64,000 nucleotides of DNA from Bacteriovoracaceae bacterium (GCA_048270185.1 JBLWTJ010000002.1:512001-576000), one strand, 5' to 3'. Counted from the first letter of the stretch, positions 41,340-50,302 are shown. A program made the numbers and translations. Notes: generated by a model not told the origin, from the letters alone.

Positions 41340-42989
41340 TTACTTAGCTTGCTTAATCTTCCACTTACTTCCGTAACCGATACCATAAGTATAAGTATCT
41401 TTTTCTTTAACCATACGATCTGTATTTCCGTAGAAAGCAAAACGATCATTAAATAGGAAAATATATGGATAATCTTCAGCGATTAGCTTGTAAACTTCTT
41501 TAAGCATTGTCTTTCTCTTCTCTTTATCAAGAGTAAGCTGAGCTTCATCAATTAGCTTATCTACTCTCTTATTTGAGTAAGAGATAAAGTTTGATCCTTG
41601 GTTCGCAGCTGAATCAGAGTGCCAAATTTGCTTAGGATCCCAGTCAAGTGAACCACCAGACCAAGCTAGAGTAACAGCATCAAAATTTCTTTCATCAAGT
41701 GCTTTAATAAATGCGTTCCACTCAATGAATTTAACTTCAATATCAACACCGGCTTTCTTAGCATCTTCTTTGTACATCGTAAGGTACTTAGAAAAAGTTT
41801 GTGACGGGTTTAGAATTGTAAATTTTAGATTCGTTTTCTTTCCATCAATTACTTTATCAAGAACAGCATCACCATCTGTATCTTTCCAACCATCTGCTCT
41901 AAGAATTTTTATCGCTTCTTGAACATTAAATGGAATTGGCTTCACATCTTGGTTAGCATATTCAGATTGAACGTATAGTGGACCAGTAGCAAGAGCAGAA
42001 TAACCAAATCGGAACTTCTTATTCATTTCCTCTCTATTCATTAAGTAGTTCATTGCCTTACGTACATCTTTTGATTTAAAGATTGGGCTCTTAAAGTTCC
42101 AACCAACAAAACCGTATCCTTTTACTGCTTTGTTTTCAGTTTTTACTTTATGAACTTCTTTACCCCATTTTGGACCACTTGTTTTTTGCTCATATTCTTC
42201 TGGAGATAGTGCATTGAAGTCTAGGTCGCCTTTTTCAAGTCTTTGAATAGCAACAGTCGAGTCTTTAATAAATCTCATGAAGATCTTGTCATATGAGAAG
42301 TCATTCTTATAAAGATCAGTCTTATATCCCCACCAGTCTTTATTCTTTACTAGTGAGATACCCTTTCCTCTTTTTAATTCTTCAAAGATATAAGGACCTG
42401 TACCGATAAGAGTCTTATTAAGTTCTTTCTCTTGTTCCTCTGAAGGGTTCTCATAGATATGTTTTGGAACGATTGCAAGATATCCACCACTTGCAACAGA
42501 AGTTAAGTTACCAAAGTACTTCTTCTTCGCTTTGAAACGAATTGTTCTTGGCCCTTCAACTACTGCTTCTTTAAAGTTAGCAAAGTACGACTTTAAGTGA
42601 GCAGTCTTATATTTATTTTCTGGATGTGTTACAGCATCAAAAGAAAATTTAACATCTTCAACTGTAAATGGTTTTCCATCGTGCCACTTAACACCTTCTC
42701 TGATTTTGAAAACAAAATCATAACCATCATTCTCAACAGACCAAGATTCAGCAAGGCTTGGCTCCCACTCATTAGTGTCGATATTCTTACTAAGAAGACC
42801 TTCAAGAACATACTCTTGAACTCTTGATGAGTAAGCATCTGTTGAAGAAAGTGGATTTAAAGTTGTTGGTGTACCACTTAAGTTGTAATAAAAAGTGTTG
42901 TTGGACTTCTTTGATCCACCACTCTTATTACAGCCTACAATCGAAAGCATTAATGTGCTTAAAAGAATTAAAAAGATTCCTTTTTTCAT
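41340..42989 (-). CDS. Peptide ABC substrate-binding lipoprotein (family 5)
   Basis: Lipobox IVGC, KWHDGKPFTVEDVKFS, GTGPY and VRKAM. Confidence 0.92.
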   Translation of the reverse strand: MKKGIFLILLSTLMLSIVGCNKSGGSKKSNNTFYYNLSGTPTTLNPLSSTDAYSSRVQEYVLEGLLSKNIDTNEWEPSLAESWSVENDGYDFVFKIREGVKWHDGKPFTVEDVKFSFDAVTHPENKYKTAHLKSYFANFKEAVVEGPRTIRFKAKKKYFGNLTSVASGGYLAIVPKHIYENPSEEQEKELNKTLIGTGPYIFEELKRGKGISLVKNKDWWGYKTDLYKNDFSYDKIFMRFIKDSTVAIQRLEKGDLDFNALSPEEYEQKTSGPKWGKEVHKVKTENKAVKGYGFVGWNFKSPIFKSKDVRKAMNYLMNREEMNKKFRFGYSALATGPLYVQSEYANQDVKPIPFNVQEAIKILRADGWKDTDGDAVLDKVIDGKKTNLKFTILNPSQTFSKYLTMYKEDAKKAGVDIEVKFIEWNAFIKALDERNFDAVTLAWSGGSLDWDPKQIWHSDSAANQGSNFISYSNKRVDKLIDEAQLTLDKEKRKTMLKEVYKLIAEDYPYIFLFNDRFAFYGNTDRMVKEKDTYTYGIGYGSKWKIKQAK

Positions 42990-43061
42990 AAACTTATCCC
43001 TTTTTATATTTAGCGTGTCACGATATAAAATTTTACATCAATTGGCTAGAAGCACATTAAA

Positions 43062-43084
43062 ATGGACGGACTACGTCTGTCCAT
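43062..43084 (-). terminator. Intrinsic terminator
   Basis: Minus strand ATGGACAGAC-GTA-GTCCGTCCAT followed by TTT. Confidence 0.6.
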
Positions 43085-43112
43085 AGCAAAAATTTACAGG
43101 GATCATATGTGA

Positions 43113-43838
43113 TTATTTCAAAACATAATTTTTTGGGTCGAGTGACCAGCGATCTTCCTTTAGATTTTTAGACTCTATGCGATATTGTTGTAATTTAAAA
43201 TCAACTTCATTAAGACGTGATTGTAGACCCTCAGTATTGCGAACAAGCTGTTGCTGGTCTTCTTCAAGTCGACGCAGTTCGTCTCGCCACTCTTTCTCAA
43301 GTTTTTGGCGCAAAACATCATAGCGAGAATTCAGTGTTTCGACTCGCTGAGTATATGTCACAAGATCTTGTTTATTGCGGTTTACTTTAGAAAGTAAGGC
43401 CAATCTTTTCTTGGCGAGAATTTCAATTAATTCATTACCCATTGCGACATTATTAACAAGGTCCTGTGAAAAGAAATTATAGTAACGCCCTGTTGCAAAA
43501 GTTGAGTGGCGATTACATTCATCAAATTTTGGAATTCTAACAAGAAGATAGTCACTTGTTCTGGCCATTACAATGGCACGACATTTTGAATCCTCTCGAT
43601 GAAGTCCCCACAACTGAACTTCATCAAGTCGATTTACATATTTGATATTATCAAAATCCATTTTAAAACGAACAAGTCTGGCCTTAGGCTCAATATGTGA
43701 AACCCTACCGGCAAAGTGGCCAAGCTCTTGCTTAAAATCAAGCTCACTTGCATGGCCGATCATTGCACTCAAAAATATTGTACAAATAATGAATATTCTC
43801 ATTAACTCCATTTTGCCATAAGAATGGAATTTGAACAT
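43113..43838 (-). CDS. Secreted hypothetical protein with C-terminal coiled coil
   Basis: Signal peptide from an internal Met (MRIFIICTIFLSAMIGHA-S) and a heptad-rich C-terminal half. Confidence 0.7.
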   Translation of the reverse strand: MFKFHSYGKMELMRIFIICTIFLSAMIGHASELDFKQELGHFAGRVSHIEPKARLVRFKMDFDNIKYVNRLDEVQLWGLHREDSKCRAIVMARTSDYLLVRIPKFDECNRHSTFATGRYYNFFSQDLVNNVAMGNELIEILAKKRLALLSKVNRNKQDLVTYTQRVETLNSRYDVLRQKLEKEWRDELRRLEEDQQQLVRNTEGLQSRLNEVDFKLQQYRIESKNLKEDRWSLDPKNYVLK

Positions 43839-43859
43839 TTAGTGGCAAGAGATGCCTTG

Positions 43860-44570
43860 CTACAATGGCTTTTGAACGATTATCGACTGAGTAAGCTCTT
43901 TATTATGAATTGGCTCTTCAAAGTGCAGAATTCTAAAATCACTAAACATTTCTAAAAGCTCTGCTTTCTTAAGGAAATAAGAATCAAAGCTCTCGTCCTT
44001 AAACTTTTTCTTGTGCTCTAGTGTATAACCCTCATAAATGAGAATACCACCAGGCTTGAGCCATCTTTTAAGTTTTTTAGATACTTCACGGTCGACATAG
44101 TAGAAACATATAATTGAATCAATTGAATTCTCTGCTACTTTAAGATCATTAATGGATTTATGGATCGTTTTGATACGGACACCTGCCTGCCTAGCAAGTT
44201 TTAGTGACTTCTCAATAGCTACAGAGCTGATATCAACACCAGTTACTTTGTAGCCTTTTGTAGCAAGAAAGACAGCATTTCGCCCCTCTCCCATTCCAAT
44301 ATCTAAAACCTTCGCTCCAGGTGGAATATATTGATAATTTCTGGCCAGAAATTGAGCAGCTGATTTACCGTAAATATAGTCATGATTAGCAAATTTCTTA
44401 TCCCAGCGATTAAAGGGCTTCTCTCTAACTTTTTGGCCAGTTAGGATCTCATAGCGACTACCAGAGATAACATCTCTAGCATTAGCATTAAAAATAAATA
44501 AATTTAAAAATATAATCAGGCTAAGCAACGTCTGAATTTTCGGCCTCTTCATGAGATTCAAGCTCCGCAT
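43860..44570 (-). CDS. Class I SAM-dependent methyltransferase (TehB-like)
   Basis: VLDIGMGEGRNAVFLA, GVDIS and LKPGG; hydrophobic N-terminus. Confidence 0.88.
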   Translation of the reverse strand: MRSLNLMKRPKIQTLLSLIIFLNLFIFNANARDVISGSRYEILTGQKVREKPFNRWDKKFANHDYIYGKSAAQFLARNYQYIPPGAKVLDIGMGEGRNAVFLATKGYKVTGVDISSVAIEKSLKLARQAGVRIKTIHKSINDLKVAENSIDSIICFYYVDREVSKKLKRWLKPGGILIYEGYTLEHKKKFKDESFDSYFLKKAELLEMFSDFRILHFEEPIHNKELTQSIIVQKPL

Positions 44571-44925
44571 TTAAATACAAGTTTAATTGATCGTACTTGT
44601 TTTTTACCGTTTTTACCATAGCGTGAACTTTATCTTCAATTGTTGCGGGCATGTCTTGGGTATGAGTTAGATACCATCGAAGTTCATCAACAGTATTATA
44701 ATAATCTTCTAAATTGATAATTAATTCATCTGAAAGCAACATCAGTTGCTCGATTGTAATTGTTTTAAAATTTGAATTAAAAACCGCATTGAAGTGATCA
44801 CGGGTTCTCTTCATCGATAGTATTTGTAGGTACTCTCTTTCGCGATTAATGATTCGATCAGCTAATCGTGATGAGTCCATTCTTAATATAATAAGTAAGC
44901 GACTAACTTCTTTTGAAACTCTCAC
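44521..44925 (-). CDS. Hypothetical protein
   Basis: 134-aa helical ORF, GTG start after AAGGGGAG SD. Confidence 0.7.
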   Translation of the reverse strand: MRVSKEVSRLLIILRMDSSRLADRIINREREYLQILSMKRTRDHFNAVFNSNFKTITIEQLMLLSDELIINLEDYYNTVDELRWYLTHTQDMPATIEDKVHAMVKTVKNKYDQLNLYLNAELESHEEAENSDVA

Positions 44926-44948
44926 TTTCTCCCCTTCATATTGGTATT

Positions 44949-45401
44949 TTAGTACTCAGGAATTCTAGCTCGACGCCCACCTGGCCAACGAGAAGAGTTT
45001 GTCACTAATTTGCTAAAGATTTCTTGGCCAGCTAAGTCCGCCATTCGGAACATGCTGACAGGAAGTCTTTCTTGAAAAACCTTCTTTGTTTTTAAGATCG
45101 AATCGTCGTGTGAAACTTCAAATGAACTAAATTCGAAGAGTGTCACACTCCCCTGCCTAATCATATAATTTAAATAGCGACTGAGTAATTTATTATAATT
45201 AACAAATGAACGAATATCGCGAACACATGCAATAATGAATTGATGTTCACGCATACGAATTGACTTGAAGTCATCAAGTTTCATTGGAACAAGTTTCATC
45301 CCAAATTCATTAAAGACACGAGACATGTAGAGGAAGTCTTTCCCTAGGCTCTTTTCAAATTGTAAATAGATGACGTAATTCGATGTTCTCACATAGAACA
45401 T
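44949..45401 (-). CDS. Hypothetical protein
   Basis: 150-aa ORF ending WPGGRRARIPEY; start position uncertain. Confidence 0.65.
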   Translation of the reverse strand: MFYVRTSNYVIYLQFEKSLGKDFLYMSRVFNEFGMKLVPMKLDDFKSIRMREHQFIIACVRDIRSFVNYNKLLSRYLNYMIRQGSVTLFEFSSFEVSHDDSILKTKKVFQERLPVSMFRMADLAGQEIFSKLVTNSSRWPGGRRARIPEY

Positions 45402-45475
45402 TTCGGCATTGTTATTTGTTTAATGAAGGGATGAATGTGTTTTGGGAAAACTTTACCGGTTAGAATAGAAGTTCA

Positions 45476-45909
45476 AAGGCCTTCACCTGACCTCCCATAC
45501 TGGTCGGTCGGCGTTTCTCGTCGTCATTTTGCCATCGTGGCAAATGCCGCCTTAAAAAGAAAGGCCGAGAGGACAACTTTAATACCACACACGTCACTCT
45601 CGGCCTCTTAAGCTTTGGATTAAATCATAGGGAGAGAGGGATGTATCTCCAAAGCTTTATAACTTCCATGTTTCTCTTGCGTCCATCCGTGGACACAGTT
45701 AAATCTTTTTTTAGAAAGGGGCCTAGAGGGGGATTAGTGCTAAAGCATCGTGCTTTCTACAATTCTGTGGCCCCATTCCTCTAGGCCCTTTTATCCTGCA
45801 AATAACCTTAAATTCCTAAGTGTTACTCACAGTAACCATCGCAACGTCCTATTGCTGATTTTCCAAAAACGTCCTATTTTTGGAGAGGCTCCCTGGCCCC
45901 TTGGTTACT
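45476..45909 (-). ncRNA. Candidate sigma54-dependent multi-hairpin sRNA with GGA loops (CsrB/RsmZ-like)
   Basis: No ORF in the supplied track, GC-richer than the flanks, at least 11 hairpins. Loops include CAGGGA, AGGAC (twice), GGAAUU, ACGGAU and AUGGAA. A sigma54 promoter lies immediately upstream. The 3' end is either about 45554 (stem plus U-tract) or about 45476. Confidence 0.7.
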
Positions 45910-45917
45910 ATCTATAA

Positions 45918-45933
45918 AGCAGGATGCGTGCCA
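45918..45933 (-). promoter_or_regulatory. sigma54 (-24/-12) promoter
   Basis: TGGCACGCATCCTGCT, an exact GG-N10-GC; predicted +1 near 45907. Confidence 0.8.
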
Positions 45934-45950
45934 AAATTGCTTAATAATAG

Positions 45951-45963
45951 ATTCAATAACTTA
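45951..45963. promoter_or_regulatory. IHF-like site
   Basis: ATTCAATAACTTA against WATCAANNNNTTR (one mismatch), about -45 to -57 from the predicted TSS. Confidence 0.5.
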
Positions 45964-46058
45964 CAAAAAATTGACAAAGAAATGTCCAAAACGCCCCACA
46001 GGCCGCGCCAAAGAATGTTAAGTGGTCCTACAAAAACAGCCACTTAGCGTAGGACCAA

Positions 46059-46088
46059 AAAGGAACTAATACTTGAGTAGTTTCCTTT
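46059..46088 (-). terminator. Probable lepB terminator
   Basis: Minus strand AAAGGAAACTA-N9-TAGTTCCTTT followed by TT. Confidence 0.45.
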
Positions 46089-46119
46089 CTGGCCCCATAG
46101 AAAAATTATTTGATGATAC

Positions 46120-46884
46120 TTAGAGAGATTTTCCGATTCGTGATGGCCTGAAGTGGAATGGTTTATCTGACCATGGGTAAACTAATGACATCCAAACCAT
46201 GAATGCCTTTCCACGAATATTCTTGATAGGAACAAAGCCCCAAACACGTGAATCACTTGAGTAGTCACGGTTATCACCCATTACAAAAACGTGATCAGCA
46301 GGAACAGTGACTTTATCTTGATTTAGGTGTCTAAAGAAAGTTGGATTCTCACCAATCGTAAATTCCTTATCCCCTAATTTTTGACGATAGAATTTTAAGT
46401 CTTCTGGATTAAGTGTTGGCTCCTTATCATAGAGAGAGCGAAGTTCTTTATCTTCCTCTGCACTTACTTCTTCTTTCTTCACTTCCTCACCATTGATGAA
46501 TAATTTATTTTCATAAACTTCTACGGTATCCCCAGGTACGGCAATAGTTCTCTTAACATAGAGAATTGCCGGATTGATTGGGTATTCGAAAACAACAATA
46601 TCACCTCTTTTAGGAGCTGATTGTGATCCAAAATAAATAGGATTAAAAAATTCAGTAAAAGGAACTTTTAGGCCATATGACATTTTATTAACGACAATAG
46701 AGTCACCAATAGCATTTGTCGGAAGAAGAGATCCTGTTGGAATATGGTAGTGATCGATGAAAGTTGATCTGAAACCAAAGACAATTAAAATGATTTTGAT
46801 CCAAGAAAGTGCTTCATCTTTGAACCACTGCCCAGATAGAAAAGCAGGCTTTGGAGCCTCTACTTTTGGTGCTTTATTAAACAT
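46120..46884 (-). CDS. lepB: Signal peptidase I
   Basis: IPTGSLLPT (catalytic Ser), YVKR (catalytic Lys), GDNRDYSSDSR.WGFV. Confidence 0.95.
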   Translation of the reverse strand: MFNKAPKVEAPKPAFLSGQWFKDEALSWIKIILIVFGFRSTFIDHYHIPTGSLLPTNAIGDSIVVNKMSYGLKVPFTEFFNPIYFGSQSAPKRGDIVVFEYPINPAILYVKRTIAVPGDTVEVYENKLFINGEEVKKEEVSAEEDKELRSLYDKEPTLNPEDLKFYRQKLGDKEFTIGENPTFFRHLNQDKVTVPADHVFVMGDNRDYSSDSRVWGFVPIKNIRGKAFMVWMSLVYPWSDKPFHFRPSRIGKSL

Positions 46885-47023
46885 ATTTCCTCACTTAGTA
46901 ATGGAGATTATTATAGCGACTGCATTAGTCATTGTATAAGGCTTTGCGCGTCACAAACTTAAGTTGCGAGAACGTTATTTCTTTTCATAGAATATTATTT
47001 ATAAATTCTATTAGGGAGGAATT

Positions 47024-47419
47024 ATGAAAAATATTATTTTATCATTTGTATTCTGTCTTGTCGGTGCTTTAAGTGTACAAGCAACGGAGCAAAACCAAGA
47101 GTCTTACTACCCACGTTATTGTTCAAACTTTGGTGATAAAGTAAGCTTCTCATTCACAAGCTGTGTAAATTCAAATTACAGTCAAGTTGGATTTGAATTA
47201 AGAGGTATCTTCTTAAACCATTGTTCAAATTTTGGTGACAATCTTTCTTACTCATTCCAAAGTTGTGTAACAAATAACTTTCACAAAATTGAAAGAGAGC
47301 TAGGAATCTTCCTTAGCTACTGTTCAAACTTTGGAGACGGTGTTAGCTACTCTTACGTAAGCTGTATCAATCGTAACTTTAGTGAGATTAGTCGAGAACT
47401 CGACAGACAAAGAGACTAA
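47024..47419 (+). CDS. Secreted cysteine-rich triple-repeat protein
   Basis: Signal peptide (..SVQA); three repeats CSNFGD-x-[VL]S[FY]S[FY]-x-SC; strong SD. Confidence 0.85.
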   Translation: MKNIILSFVFCLVGALSVQATEQNQESYYPRYCSNFGDKVSFSFTSCVNSNYSQVGFELRGIFLNHCSNFGDNLSYSFQSCVTNNFHKIERELGIFLSYCSNFGDGVSYSYVSCINRNFSEISRELDRQRD

Positions 47420-47425
47420 AAAAGC

Positions 47426-47451
47426 AAAGGCCCTTTTCAAGGGCCTTTTTT
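47426..47451. terminator. Bidirectional terminator
   Basis: AAAGGCCCTT-TTC-AAGGGCCTTT with flanking A and T tracts. Confidence 0.85.
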
Positions 47452-47842
47452 ATTTGAGTAATACTTCTATTTTCTTTTCTAAAACTTCTGTTGAAAAAGG
47501 TTTTAACAAGTAATTATTTGCGCCACATTCAATTATTCTTCTAATCATCGCTGTTTCTGATTCTGAACTCACCATTAAAACAGGAACACCAGCAACCCTT
47601 TCATCAGCTCTAAGTTGTCTAAGAAAGTCAAAACCATCTGCATTTGGCATATGCATATCACAAAGGATTACCTGAAACGGACTTCCCTTTTCATACTCTT
47701 CAACAACTTTATTAAAGGCAACAGCTCCATCTTCTGCCTCTAAAACTTCCGTCATTCCCATATCTTCTAAGATCGAACTTACCGAATTTCTAATATAATC
47801 AAGATCGTCGACAACCAATGCTTTAACTCCAGAATAATCCAT
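47450..47842 (-). CDS. Single-domain response regulator (CheY-like)
   Basis: LVVDD, CDMHMPNADG, VSSE and KPF. Confidence 0.9.
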   Translation of the reverse strand: MDYSGVKALVVDDLDYIRNSVSSILEDMGMTEVLEAEDGAVAFNKVVEEYEKGSPFQVILCDMHMPNADGFDFLRQLRADERVAGVPVLMVSSESETAMIRRIIECGANNYLLKPFSTEVLEKKIEVLLK

Positions 47843-47882
47843 CGTTCTTCCCTCCAGGAAAATTATTTCCGTAATAAAAATT

Positions 47883-47909
47883 ATATCGGAGTTCCATGAA
47901 ATTTCTTTA
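47883..47909 (-). promoter_or_regulatory. sigma28 promoter of the orphan cheY-like gene
   Basis: TAAA-N15-TCCGATAT. Confidence 0.65.
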
Positions 47910-48047
47910 TTTATTTAAGAAAAGCTTTATAAGGTCTTAATTTTATAGGGGGTTGATAATCGGTTGTTCGTAGATTTACTGCCTTATTTGGTTGGTAGGC
48001 TAATTAATTTTTGAGGGGCTGGGTTATATGAGAAAGTATTTTCACTC

Positions 48048-48266
48048 ATTTTCACTTCGTGAAAATATCGTTCTTCTTTGCGATGTCTTTCCCATTGGCC
48101 TAGAGACAACGAAGCCGGGCTTGGACCCGGCTTGTTGAAATAATTCATTTTCTTTTGCAGTGAGGCCTAGCGCCGCGAACAATAGACTGGCCTTAGCCAG
48201 TCAATTTCGCGGTCGCTTCCCAGGCATACTGCCAAGGTGATTAGACTTTTGAGCTTTGCTCAAAAG
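48048..48266. repeat. Cluster of GC-rich palindromes downstream of groEL (REP-like or structured 3' UTR)
   Basis: Hairpins at 48048-48066, 48112-48133, 48157-48232 (long rod) and 48246-48266. Confidence 0.5.
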
Positions 48267-48267
48267 G

Positions 48268-49917
<1,650 letters not shown>

Positions 49918-49934
49918 CTATATAATCGATTTGA

Positions 49935-50222
49935 TTAAACTAAAATTCCTAAAATATCTGATTCTTTCATAATAAGGTACTCTTGCCCTTCAAGCTTAAC
50001 TTCGCTTCCAGCAAATTTACCAAATAGAACCTTATCGCCTTTTTTAACAGCAAGCTCTGCAATTGATCCATTATCTAAACGATAACCTGGCCCAACAGCA
50101 ATAACTTCACCTTCACTTGGCTTTTCAGAGTTGTTATCTGGAATATAGATTCCACCAGCAGTCTTTGTTTCATTTTCAATTCTTTTGATTAGAACTCTAT
50201 CTTGTAATGGTTTAACTTGCAT
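49935..50222 (-). CDS. groES: Co-chaperonin GroES
   Basis: [21 protein letters not shown] and ESDILG; GGAGG SD before ATG 50222. Confidence 0.98.
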   Translation of the reverse strand: MQVKPLQDRVLIKRIENETKTAGGIYIPDNNSEKPSEGEVIAVGPGYRLDNGSIAELAVKKGDKVLFGKFAGSEVKLEGQEYLIMKESDILGILV

Positions 50223-50274
50223 AATACCTCCAGTTAAATACATTTTTTATTTAATTTATAAATCTTTAACGACA

Positions 50275-50302
50275 AGATGGGAACGAACAGATACATGTCA
50301 AG
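50275..50302 (-). promoter_or_regulatory. sigma32 (RpoH)-type heat-shock promoter
   Basis: CTTGACA-N13-TCCCATCT compared with consensus CTTGAAA-N13/14-CCCCATNT. Confidence 0.65.

Noticed and set aside
45735..45742. CIRCE half-site TTAGCACT on the minus strand
   Set aside because: No matching second half at 9-nt spacing, and not upstream of a chaperone gene
45843..45878. Repeated AACGTCCTATT as a CRISPR repeat
   Set aside because: Only two 11-nt copies 25 bp apart and no cas genes; better explained as repeated GGA loops
45476..45909. c-di-GMP-I riboswitch or Bdellovibrio merRNA, or a housekeeping RNA (tmRNA, RNase P, 6S, SRP)
   Set aside because: GGCAAA and GGACGCAA fragments occur but in the wrong order and without the tetraloop/receptor stems. 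I saw no tRNA-like ends, RNase P P4 motif, single 6S rod or SRP loop. cmscan should confirm.
48157..48232. Cobalamin riboswitch (GGGAAG and CACTG on the minus strand)
   Set aside because: The motifs are in the wrong order for a B12 box, and the element lies 3' of groEL, not before a B12 gene
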